Under the pieces are notes generated by a model that did not search any database, was not told the origin of the DNA, and worked only from the letters and a program-made list of their open reading frames with translations. From contig CAYJPG010000003.1 of NCBI GenBank assembly GCA_964371995.1, positions 1,718 to 65,717 of the forward strand: 64,000 bases of DNA, written 5' to 3'. The stretch is from an uncultured Chromatiaceae bacterium (GTDB taxonomy: Bacteria > Pseudomonadota > Gammaproteobacteria > Steroidobacterales > GCA-2729495). Positions 9,217-18,194 of this stretch are shown piece by piece. The stretch's first letter is position 1. Every line of letters starts with the position of its first letter. The translations under genes and the position numbers were made by a program.

Positions 9217-10671
9217 TCAGGCGTCTGACAGGTCTTCGGGCAGGTCATCGGGCGCATCGTCAAAACCGGCGTCGGCATCCGGCAGCTCCTCATCAACGTC
9301 ATCCGCCCGCTCAACAAGTTCGGCGGGCAAAGCCTTGCTGGCTTTCGCGCCCAGGGTCTTGATGTCGAGCGCACGCTTGACGAGGTTGCCCCGGCCGGTA
9401 TGCAGCTTCCTGATCGCAGTGTCCAGCGAAGACCCGGCAGTCTGCAGGTTGCGGCTGACCTTCTCCAGCTCGATGACAAAGGCCACGAAGGCGTCGTGCA
9501 TCCGGCCGGCCTGCTCCGCAATCTTCATGACGTTGCGGTTCTGGCGCTCAATCCGCCAGACGCTTTCGACCACCCGCAGCGTCGCCAGCAGCGTGGTCGG
9601 GCTGACCAGCACGATGTTCTTCTTCCAGGCCATCGCATACAGATCCTGATCGGCCTGCACCGCAACAAGAAATGCCGGCTCCACCGGAATGAACAGCAGG
9701 GTGAAGTCCAGCGACTCGAAACCGTAGAGCGCCGGGTAATTCTTCTCGCCAAGAGTAGTTATGTGCGTGCGCACCGAAAGCAGATGGCTTCTCAGCGCGG
9801 CCGCACGATCGTCGTCGTTGTCCGCGCTGGCATAGCGCTCAAAGGCGACCAGCGACACTTTCGAGTCCACGACGATGCGCCGGTCTTCCGGCAGCCGGAT
9901 CACCACGTCCGGCTGCTGCCGGTCGCCGGCTTCATTGCGGCGGCTGTCCTGTACCTCGTACTCGCGGCCTTTGACAAGGCCGGACAGCTCGAGCGCACGC
10001 TCAAGGATAAACTCGCCCCAGGTGCCCTGGGTTTTGGCCTCACCCTTGAGTGCAGTGGTCAGGTTCTTTGTGTCCTGGCTGACCTGCTGGTTGAGGTCCA
10101 TGAGCCGCTTCAGCTCATCCTTGAGCGAACGACGCTCCGTCACCTCGGTGAGGTGCGTGTCCTCGATCTTCTTCTGGAAATCCTTGAGACGTTCACGGAA
10201 GGGTTCCAGCAGTTCGTTGAGCTTGCTGTGGTTGGTCTCGGTGAACTTGGTGGTCTTCTCGTCGAGGATCTTGCCGGCGAGTGCTTCGAAGGCGGCCGTG
10301 AAGCGTTTCTCGGTCTCTTCAACGAGCGCCTTGAGACGCGCCTCGTTCTCGGCCTGTGCCCGCGCGGCCGCCGTCAGCTGCGCCTGCATCTCGCCGATCC
10401 GCACCGCCTTGTCGCCATCGGCCTGGCCCAATTCACGGGCTGTTTCCAGCGCCTGCACATGCTGGCTGCGCAGTTCGGCAAGCTGTGCTTCCAGACCGCG
10501 GATCTTCTCCTCGGGGCCAGCGCGGGCCGCTTCGGTCTGCGACACGGCAAGAGCCTGCGCATGGTCGAGCCGACGCTTTGCCGACCGACTGACGAACCAC
10601 GCGCCCGCCAGTCCGCCCAGCAGGAAGGCCGGCAGGGCCAACAGCATTGCAGTGAGGGTTGAGGCTTCCAT
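9217..10671 (-). CDS. rmuC: DNA recombination protein RmuC
   Basis: N-terminal TM helix, a long coiled-coil region, and a C-terminal nuclease-like core (PDVVIRLPEDRRIVVDSKVSLVAFERY...FIPVEPAF) typical of RmuC. Confidence 0.9.
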   Translation of the reverse strand: MEASTLTAMLLALPAFLLGGLAGAWFVSRSAKRRLDHAQALAVSQTEAARAGPEEKIRGLEAQLAELRSQHVQALETARELGQADGDKAVRIGEMQAQLTAAARAQAENEARLKALVEETEKRFTAAFEALAGKILDEKTTKFTETNHSKLNELLEPFRERLKDFQKKIEDTHLTEVTERRSLKDELKRLMDLNQQVSQDTKNLTTALKGEAKTQGTWGEFILERALELSGLVKGREYEVQDSRRNEAGDRQQPDVVIRLPEDRRIVVDSKVSLVAFERYASADNDDDRAAALRSHLLSVRTHITTLGEKNYPALYGFESLDFTLLFIPVEPAFLVAVQADQDLYAMAWKKNIVLVSPTTLLATLRVVESVWRIERQNRNVMKIAEQAGRMHDAFVAFVIELEKVSRNLQTAGSSLDTAIRKLHTGRGNLVKRALDIKTLGAKASKALPAELVERADDVDEELPDADAGFDDAPDDLPEDLSDA

Positions 10672-10737
10672 GGCCCCAGTGTACCGGCGGAAACCGGAGG
10701 CCGCAGCCTGAAGCTGCCGGACGGGTGCCGCCTGGAG

Positions 10738-11055
10738 TTACTGGTAGCGGCAGCCCTCGCCGACAAGTTGGTAGCCGACGATGATGCCGGCCTTGTCGAC
10801 TTCGAAATGCACCTCGCAGTCTTTTCGGTCAGGACTCACATAGACCCAGTTGCCGTTGGGCAGATCATAGGTTTTGCGCTTCCACCCGACCCGGGAACCG
10901 TAGCTTTGCGGCTCGGTATCCAGCCGCTCCTGCTCTGCAACCGGCCGGCCAATCCCCTGGTCGGCCCACTCGCGCAGGGTGGGAATCTGTGAATTGCAGC
11001 CGGCCATCAGGGAGTACAGCAATGCTGGCAGCAGGAACTGCTTCAGTTCGCACAT
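10738..11055 (-). CDS. small lipoprotein; candidate immunity protein for the upstream Rhs toxin
   Basis: ATG 11055 lies 7 nt after GAGGGAGG and 14 nt after the toxin stop. Lipobox LMAGC. No family was recognised, so the immunity role is inferred from position alone. Confidence 0.55.
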   Translation of the reverse strand: MCELKQFLLPALLYSLMAGCNSQIPTLREWADQGIGRPVAEQERLDTEPQSYGSRVGWKRKTYDLPNGNWVYVSPDRKDCEVHFEVDKAGIIVGYQLVGEGCRYQ

Positions 11056-11068
11056 GAGCAAGCCTCCC

Positions 11069-14000
11069 TCAATCCTCATCCATGGCCATCATGACGGCAG
11101 GCACGCCCTGCAGCAGCGCCGGGTAGGTGAGTGCCGCCGCAACCGGCATGCCGGGTATGTTCGAGCCGCCACGTAGTATGGAACCAAAGTGGCTCCCGCC
11201 GAACTGGTCCAGGCGCACCTGAAAGACATCATGCATGCCGGCGATCGCGTTCATGCCGGGTATCCGGTTCATGAAGCGACTGAGAGAGCCGCCCTCATTC
11301 CAGAATGAAGTTGGATCAATGACACGAACTGCTCCACCGAAGTTATTTACCCCTGAGCGCGGCATCGTATAGCGATTCTTTATCTGCGCCGGCCCCCCCG
11401 ACTCCCAGGTCGCGCCATAGTTGACGATCTCCTGATAGCCCCAGGCAAATCCCGCAGCACCGCCGGCAAACATGAAGCCCTGGCGGAAATCGCCGCCACC
11501 CGCCTCGGCCAGCGCACCGCCCGCAGTGCCCGACAGGAGTACGCGTTCGGCATTCCAGGTATCACCATAGGCCACACCCATCGCGCCAAACGCCGCACCA
11601 CCGGCTGCACCGACGAGTACGCCACGCGCTTCACCCGTGGATACGCCACCCGCAACTGCACCGCCAGCCACTGCACCGAGGGTATCGCCCGCAGCCAGGC
11701 TCGCGGTGGGTGTCGCTGCCATATAAGCCTCACTCACCGCGCCAGCGGTGTAATAAGCGGCTACTGCGGCAGCGATGTCCCGCCCGTAGTTGCGCACCGT
11801 ACGTTGCAGCAGACTGCCAAAGCCACGGATCGCCCGCTTGAAGAACTTGCCGATCCGTCCGAACAGGAAGCCGCCCGGATCACTGAGGGATGCGGGATTG
11901 TTGGTCACATAGGCGTAGCGGCCGAGGCTCTGCGAGTTGCCCAGCTGGCCCAGCATCGGGTCCGGCGTCAGCATCACACCGAGCAGCGGATCCTGCAGAC
12001 GTCCGTTCATGTGTATGAGCCGGACGTTGTCCAGGTGTTCGTGCCCGGTATAGCCGCGGCGCGTGAACTGGGTATCTGCATAGCGCGCGCCGGCCGGATC
12101 CGCCGTCCAGTCGGCATTACGCCGCTTGCCGAACACATCGAAGCGCGGCGCAATCTGCTGCGGGCCGGTGCCGACGAAGCGGCTCAGCGCATCCACGCTG
12201 CCCTGATGATCGCGGTGGACAAAGTAGGCATCGAAGGCCAGCGGATTCGACTGCTCGACCTGCGACAGGATCGCTTCGCCGTTCACAAAGATGTTGGACC
12301 GGTAACGGCGGTTGCTGCCGCTCTGCTGCACTTCGAAGTGCGGCCCGATGTACCAGGTCGTCACGGTCGAGCCGCCGGTGCGGGCAATCTGCCGGATACG
12401 CTGTCGGTCCGGTCCGTAATCGAACTCGGCGTAGTCGGACGCTCCATAGTTGATGCGCTTCGGCAGCTGCGCGGCCGTCCAGCTGAGCGTCTTGCCATTG
12501 CGGCTCGTCATGTTGCCGTTGGCGTCGTAGCCGAAGCTGAGACTGCCGGCAGGCCCGCCCGAAACCGCGACCACGGCACCGGGGTGAGCGGCAGCGTAGC
12601 TGTAGGTGCCGGCATCGGACTTGCTGTGGATGCGGCCGGCCGGATCGTAGCTCAGCGCCAGGCTCTGCACGCCGTTGCGCCGGGCGCTGCTCAGACGATT
12701 CTGTTCGTCGTAGCTGAACTCTTCGCTGATGCCCTGACGCAGATCCTGACGCTGAAGCAGATTGCCCACCTTGTCCCAGGCATAGCTGTAGTTCTGGCGG
12801 TCAGTGCCGAGTCCCGGACCGGTCCTGATTTCGCGCAGGCGGGTACTCGCCCGGTCATAGATATGCTGTTCGTCGATCTGGCTGTAGCTGCCGAGCCTGA
12901 CATGCCGCCGGCGACCGACCGCATCCATCGCCTGCAGATCATAGACGCGCATCCAGAAGGAACCACCGCCCCCGATATCCTGTTCGACGACATCAAGGTT
13001 GCCGGTGCTGTCGTAGTGATAGGCCAGCGACACCTGCGCACCGTCCACGGTCTGTGGATAGTTCATGGTGGCGACCCGGCCGAGCGCATCCCAGCCGTAG
13101 CCGGTCACGTAGGTCGTGCCGTCGATGGTGGTTGAAACCGAGGTCCGGCGGCCGATGGCATCGTAGCCATACTGCTCGACAAAACCGGCCCCGGTGTTAC
13201 CGAGCGGTGCCGTTACCCGCTGCGGCAAGCCGAGCAATGGCCCGCTCGCCGTATGGAAAGTCCAGGTGGTGGGGCTTTGGCCTGGATCATTGCGTTGAAC
13301 CAGCCGGCCGAGCTGATCGTAGCTAAAGCTGATGGTATTGGCCGGCGAGAGCGCATCGGTCTGACTGACGAGTTCGCCGAAGGCGTTCCAGGCCGAGCTA
13401 CGCCGACCGGTGTCAGCTGACTCCGCGCTGATCTGCAGGCCACGCTCGTCGTAGTTGAGCGTCGTGACATTGCCGTTGGAGTCGCTGAGCGTGCTGATCT
13501 CGCCGAACGGCGTATAGGCATAAGCAGTGGTACCGCCGGCAGGAAAACTGACCGCGATCAGCCGGCCTTCGGCATCATGGCTCTGGGTGGTGACCCGGTT
13601 TTCGGCATCGCGCACCGTCTGTGTCAGCAGGCTGGAGGTCCAGCGCGTGCTGGCAACGGCACTACCGGACTCATCCACCGGCCGGTCTTCGCTTTTCTTG
13701 CGGCCGGCGATGTCGTAGCGATAGTCCACCCAGTACTGTGACTCGCCGTTGATATAGGGCACGGTCTGCCGCTGCACCCGGCCGAGTCCATCGTATTCGG
13801 TGAGCTGACGGCTGGACTGTCCGCCGGTGAGCGAAAATTCGCTGCCCACCGCCCGGCCCCAGGCATCGTTGATGCTGGTCGACCAGAAGCCGTCACTGCG
13901 CGTCGAGCGGACCTGGTAGGCGCCACGTGATGCAAAACAGTCGCCGGCACAGGACAGATACTGAACGGTCGTGTCCGGGCCGTCGGCGCGACTTTCCTGT

Positions 14001-17000
14001 TTCAGGCGGCCAAAGTCATCCCACACCCAGCTCGTAACGAGCCCGCGTGGGCTGGTTTCACTGGCCTCGAGATCGAGACCATAGCGCCAGGCACGCCGGA
14101 TCACCGGACTGGCCTGCCCGCTGATCACGGCCGTTTCAGTGACCGGACGGTTGGCCCAGGAATCGTAGCCATAGATGGTCTTGCGCTCGGGCAAGGAAAA
14201 ATCTGCGGGCGTACGGATGACCTCGGCGAGCTGACCGCTTTCGTTCCAGATCTGCATGGTCAGCAGTCGCTCTGCCAGCGGCGCCGGTTCACCGGAGGCC
14301 TCCATCTCCTTGCGACAGGTGTCTGCCGACCAGATATAACGCGTGGTGCGCCTCAGGGCAGCTGTCTGTGCGTTGTCCCTGGTCACACGCACCACGCTCG
14401 GCAAACCCAGACAGTACTGACCGGTGCGCAGCGAATCGTCGAGTGTCGTGGCAGTAATCGTTGTGAACACCGCCTGACTTGCCGGAGAGCTGACCATTAC
14501 CGTTTCCGTCACCGGTACGCCGTGGTTGGTGTTGAAGGTCCGGATCGTGGTTCGGGTCCGCAGCAACTGGCCGAGCATCCCGCCATCCGGGTCTGTCTCG
14601 TAGTCCTCACTGGTCTCCCTGTTCATGAGAACCAGGTGGTAATCAGCAGCCGGATCGCTGGCCGCTGCGGCACGCGTGTTCACCGCCCAGCCCGGATCGG
14701 CCACGCTGATCTTGCGCCCGTCGCTGCGCATGGTCGTCACCAAGTCGGGCAAGCCGATGTATGGAAAGTCCTGGCGATACACCGTTTCCGTATATACGGA
14801 GACGCCGTGTATGGCGGTATAGCGTGAATCGGTTGCACGAACCCTCTCAAAGCCGAGGAAGCCCCGGCCGAGGTGATCGAGCCGGCCATTAACGTAGGCA
14901 TAACTCATCGTGTACTCGCCGCCGACGCCGTCATTGGCCGTGTATTTGCTGACCACATGCAGCGCGCCACCGCGCATCAGATGCTGGCCAGCCGCATCGG
15001 TACCGCTGTAGCTGTAACCAGCAAAGCTTGTCAGCGGCGCATAGTCCGGACGCCAGGTGTTGCCCAGACCATCGGTAACCGAAACCAGCAGCCCGGATCG
15101 CGGGCCGACCCGCTTGCGCACATGCCAGCGACCATTGGCCTCGCTGAACACCAGATCTGTCTGCCCGTCAGCGTCTACATCTGCAAGCGCAAGCTGGACC
15201 GGGCTCGATGGATTGGTGATACCGGAGCTGAGATCGATAAAACGGGCCGGATCGCTGTTGCTGAGCAGTCGCTCCGTTGGTCCGCCATTGGCCAGATGCG
15301 CACGCCAGGTCGTTGCATCCAGCTGACAGATCAGGTCATCACGACCATCCCCATCGATGTCAGCAGTGCGTATGCCGCCATTGGCAATCGACGACACGTC
15401 GACCAACTCTCGCGCAGACCATGCATTGCCCTTGCTGAGTTGGAGCTGCCAGCGCTGCCAGGCATCACGGCATACCAGATCCGCAAGCCCATCGCCGTTA
15501 AGGTCAGGCGCAAAGCATTCTTCAGTACTTGAAATGGGCCGCTCAAAGTCAGATCCCATCGACTGGAAATCAGCGCCGCTGGAAAGATAAACCTGCACCA
15601 CGCCGTTCATGTACTGCGATAGCGGCTTGCGGGTGACCAGCAGATCGTGCCGGCCGTCGCCGTCGAAATCGACATTCGCATCAACGGTTGCCGTACTGAG
15701 CGGCGCCAGCCCGGACCCCGAAGACTGGACAACGCTGGTCGCTCGCTCCGACGCAAAGCCAGATCCGGTGTTGGGCCGGTAGTAGAGCGCGTTGTCGTTG
15801 AAATAGCCCAGTTCGTTGAGGCCGTCGCCATCCATATCGAGCACCAGCAGCGTGGGCGCCACAGTGGTCGACAAGCCGGTGTTGATGCCCGCCGCGAAGC
15901 CGGCCCCTGTCGAGCGATAGACATACCAGTAAGCTGAGCCCGAAGGCCCGGCAGTGACCAGGTCGCGCCGGCCATCGCCATCGTATTCAAGCAAGTAGGC
16001 CGGACCATCGGCGGGCACCGCCGTACTGATCGGTGTACCGACATAGGGGTTATTAGCCGCGCCGCCGGCCAGCCGCACACGCCACAGGCGGTTGCTGCCG
16101 ACCACCACGGGCACATGGAGATCCATATCACCGTCGCCGTCATGGTCGGCAAACAGGGCCTCGCCGGCCAGTGGATCGGTAGCGCCCGCCACATCTGGCT
16201 GGTAGCTGAGTTGGCTGTTCAGCCAGCCCAGCTCGGTGTCAGTCAGGCTCTGCGTCGGACCGCTCTGTCGGAGACTGGTCAGCTGATCGGACTGGCTGCC
16301 AGTTGGCGCCGCATAGTTCAGCGACCAGCTGTGCACGAGCGCAAAGCCGCTGCCGGCATCGAACTCATAGCGGATGGCCTGCAGCCGCTTCGAGCGCTGC
16401 CAGCGCGAGCCCCAGGTGTAGCCCGCACGCTGCTGCGTGGCAGGGTGCGACTCATACAGGAAAACAAGACGGAACCTTGCGCCGGCACCGCCTGAGTCAG
16501 CGGTCCAGCGAATCGCAGCAGGCAGCACTTCGCCGGTCGCCTGATCGTCGTTCCAGGTGTACAGCATCTGGTTGCCGAACTTGTCCCTGACCTGGGTGAT
16601 GGCCCACTCGCGGACTTCGCTGCCCAACCCCACGGCCTCGATGCGCGAATCCACATCGTTGCCGTAGCGCCAGGTCAGCCCGTCCGGATGCTGCACCTCG
16701 AACCAGGCGGGACCGCGGCCCTGCTGGCCATGGGACACGACGCGCTGCAGGTTATTGATCTCGGTACGGTACTCGGCGCCCTCGGCGCCATAGACCCCGG
16801 ACAGCAACACCAGTGGCTGACCATCGAGGCAGAAACGGTCGCCGTTGCCGAAGTGCACACCCTGCATCCGGCCATCGACGGCGATGGTCTGTGCACAGCG
16901 GCTGATCTTCGACAGCCCTGTGAGAGTCAGACCGGCACCGGCCAGGCCATCGCCGTCGTGACTGTTGTAACGCAGGCTGACCGAAGGCCGCAGTCCGCCG

Positions 17001-17203
17001 CGACCCGCAGTTACGCTGATCGGCACCGACCAGGTCGCTGCCCCAGCCGGGTCGACACCGAACTCGGCTGCGATCCGGCCAACTGCTGCCGCACTTGCCA
17101 CCTGGCTCAGCAGCATGGCGACCAGCAGTCCCGATGCACTCAATACCCGGATCAACGCGGTGCGCTGATCTGCGGGGCAGAAGCTTGCGGCGGCGTGCGG
17201 CAT
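11069..17203 (-). CDS. Rhs/YD-repeat toxin, fused TcB/TcC-like (SpvB-type N-terminus, FG-GAP propeller, RHS shell, RHS core, variable C-terminal domain)
   Basis: SpvB/TcdB-like start GAATWSVPISVTAGRGGLRPSVSLRYNS. At least 7 FG-GAP/VCBS-type DxDGDG motifs (DHDGDGDMD, DYDGDGRRD, DMDGDGLNE, DFDGDGRHD, DLNGDGLADL, DIDGDGRDDL, DVDADGQTDL). Many YD repeats (YDGLGRV, YDIAGRK, YDERGLQ, YDQLGRLV, YDAIGRR). RHS core GYTGHEHLDNVRLIHMNGRLQDPLLGVMLTPDP...GRYAYVTNNPASLSDPGG. Confidence 0.9.
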   Translation of the reverse strand: MPHAAASFCPADQRTALIRVLSASGLLVAMLLSQVASAAAVGRIAAEFGVDPAGAATWSVPISVTAGRGGLRPSVSLRYNSHDGDGLAGAGLTLTGLSKISRCAQTIAVDGRMQGVHFGNGDRFCLDGQPLVLLSGVYGAEGAEYRTEINNLQRVVSHGQQGRGPAWFEVQHPDGLTWRYGNDVDSRIEAVGLGSEVREWAITQVRDKFGNQMLYTWNDDQATGEVLPAAIRWTADSGGAGARFRLVFLYESHPATQQRAGYTWGSRWQRSKRLQAIRYEFDAGSGFALVHSWSLNYAAPTGSQSDQLTSLRQSGPTQSLTDTELGWLNSQLSYQPDVAGATDPLAGEALFADHDGDGDMDLHVPVVVGSNRLWRVRLAGGAANNPYVGTPISTAVPADGPAYLLEYDGDGRRDLVTAGPSGSAYWYVYRSTGAGFAAGINTGLSTTVAPTLLVLDMDGDGLNELGYFNDNALYYRPNTGSGFASERATSVVQSSGSGLAPLSTATVDANVDFDGDGRHDLLVTRKPLSQYMNGVVQVYLSSGADFQSMGSDFERPISSTEECFAPDLNGDGLADLVCRDAWQRWQLQLSKGNAWSARELVDVSSIANGGIRTADIDGDGRDDLICQLDATTWRAHLANGGPTERLLSNSDPARFIDLSSGITNPSSPVQLALADVDADGQTDLVFSEANGRWHVRKRVGPRSGLLVSVTDGLGNTWRPDYAPLTSFAGYSYSGTDAAGQHLMRGGALHVVSKYTANDGVGGEYTMSYAYVNGRLDHLGRGFLGFERVRATDSRYTAIHGVSVYTETVYRQDFPYIGLPDLVTTMRSDGRKISVADPGWAVNTRAAAASDPAADYHLVLMNRETSEDYETDPDGGMLGQLLRTRTTIRTFNTNHGVPVTETVMVSSPASQAVFTTITATTLDDSLRTGQYCLGLPSVVRVTRDNAQTAALRRTTRYIWSADTCRKEMEASGEPAPLAERLLTMQIWNESGQLAEVIRTPADFSLPERKTIYGYDSWANRPVTETAVISGQASPVIRRAWRYGLDLEASETSPRGLVTSWVWDDFGRLKQESRADGPDTTVQYLSCAGDCFASRGAYQVRSTRSDGFWSTSINDAWGRAVGSEFSLTGGQSSRQLTEYDGLGRVQRQTVPYINGESQYWVDYRYDIAGRKKSEDRPVDESGSAVASTRWTSSLLTQTVRDAENRVTTQSHDAEGRLIAVSFPAGGTTAYAYTPFGEISTLSDSNGNVTTLNYDERGLQISAESADTGRRSSAWNAFGELVSQTDALSPANTISFSYDQLGRLVQRNDPGQSPTTWTFHTASGPLLGLPQRVTAPLGNTGAGFVEQYGYDAIGRRTSVSTTIDGTTYVTGYGWDALGRVATMNYPQTVDGAQVSLAYHYDSTGNLDVVEQDIGGGGSFWMRVYDLQAMDAVGRRRHVRLGSYSQIDEQHIYDRASTRLREIRTGPGLGTDRQNYSYAWDKVGNLLQRQDLRQGISEEFSYDEQNRLSSARRNGVQSLALSYDPAGRIHSKSDAGTYSYAAAHPGAVVAVSGGPAGSLSFGYDANGNMTSRNGKTLSWTAAQLPKRINYGASDYAEFDYGPDRQRIRQIARTGGSTVTTWYIGPHFEVQQSGSNRRYRSNIFVNGEAILSQVEQSNPLAFDAYFVHRDHQGSVDALSRFVGTGPQQIAPRFDVFGKRRNADWTADPAGARYADTQFTRRGYTGHEHLDNVRLIHMNGRLQDPLLGVMLTPDPMLGQLGNSQSLGRYAYVTNNPASLSDPGGFLFGRIGKFFKRAIRGFGSLLQRTVRNYGRDIAAAVAAYYTAGAVSEAYMAATPTASLAAGDTLGAVAGGAVAGGVSTGEARGVLVGAAGGAAFGAMGVAYGDTWNAERVLLSGTAGGALAEAGGGDFRQGFMFAGGAAGFAWGYQEIVNYGATWESGGPAQIKNRYTMPRSGVNNFGGAVRVIDPTSFWNEGGSLSRFMNRIPGMNAIAGMHDVFQVRLDQFGGSHFGSILRGGSNIPGMPVAAALTYPALLQGVPAVMMAMDED
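11072..11866 (-). other. variable C-terminal (toxin) domain of the Rhs protein, 265 aa after the DPGGF core boundary
   Basis: Begins LFGRIGKFFKRAI. It contains glycine-zipper runs (GAVAGGAVAGGVSTGEARGVLVGAAGGAAFGAMGVAYG, GTAGGALAEAGGG, FAGGAAGFAWG) followed by a non-repetitive tail (RIPGMNAIAGMHDVFQVRLDQFGG). No toxin family was recognised. Confidence 0.6.
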
Positions 17204-17416
17204 GTTTGTCTCCGGCCAATGTCTGACGGAGGCTCATATAAACAGCCGCACACCACACGCAGCGACGTCGATAAACGCGGGCTTCATCCGGTTTATGGTC
17301 CGGCGAAACAAATACAGTGAAAGACACCAGTAAGCGCTCGCGCGACAAAAATACGCCTGCATGAAAGCTGCAATGCTAGTCTTGAACGACGCAGAACCCC
17401 GAGGGAGCGCGCAGCG

Positions 17417-18178
17417 ATGAAGAAGTTTCTGAAGTACGGCGTGAGCGGATTCGTGCTGCTGCTGGTACTGCTGACCGGTGGCTTTTATGCCTGGGGCGAG
17501 ATGTCGCTGGCCAGGCCAACGGCTGCGGCGCTGGCGGCCATGCAATCCGATGATCGCGTCACCGTCGAGGACGGCAAATACCTGAGCTTCAGGCCTGCGA
17601 CGGGCGAGCCCACCCTGGGCGTTATCTTTTATCCCGGTGCGAACTGCGATATCCGCGGCTATGCGCCGGTGTTCCGTCGCCTGGCAAACCGCGGCTATCT
17701 GGTGGTGGATGTGCAGATGCCACGGAATTTTGCGATTTTTGCACCGGACCGCGCCGACGACGTGCGCGCGGCCTGGCCGAATATCAGGCATTGGGTCATC
17801 GCCGGTCATTCGATGGGCGGCGCTATGGCCGGCTATTACGCCTTTCATCACCAGAAAGAGCTGGCCGGACTGATCATCTGGGATTCCTATCCGCCTGAAC
17901 AGGACAGTCTCGCCGACTCGGATCTGCCGGTCTGGCACATCCACCGTGCGACGCTCGTCGGCGCTCCACCGGAAAAGTTCGAGGAAATGCGCCACCTCTT
18001 TCCGGTCTCCAGCACCTGGGTTCCGGTGCCCGGCGGGATTCACATGTACTTCGGATCTTTCGACGGCGGTGGCTACAAGGAACAGTGGACGCCGAAGATC
18101 TCTCGTGAGGCGCAGCAGGACATCGTGGTTACGGCCATGCTGAACGCGCTGCAGACGATAGCCGCGTCGGGACGCTGA
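17417..18178 (+). CDS. alpha/beta hydrolase-fold protein
   Basis: N-terminal TM/signal segment. Nucleophile elbow GHSMGG. This frame is preferred over the antisense ORF 17234-18043, which has no recognisable motif. Confidence 0.7.
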   Translation: MKKFLKYGVSGFVLLLVLLTGGFYAWGEMSLARPTAAALAAMQSDDRVTVEDGKYLSFRPATGEPTLGVIFYPGANCDIRGYAPVFRRLANRGYLVVDVQMPRNFAIFAPDRADDVRAAWPNIRHWVIAGHSMGGAMAGYYAFHHQKELAGLIIWDSYPPEQDSLADSDLPVWHIHRATLVGAPPEKFEEMRHLFPVSSTWVPVPGGIHMYFGSFDGGGYKEQWTPKISREAQQDIVVTAMLNALQTIAASGR

Positions 18179-18194
18179 GCGCCCTGAAAACGCC

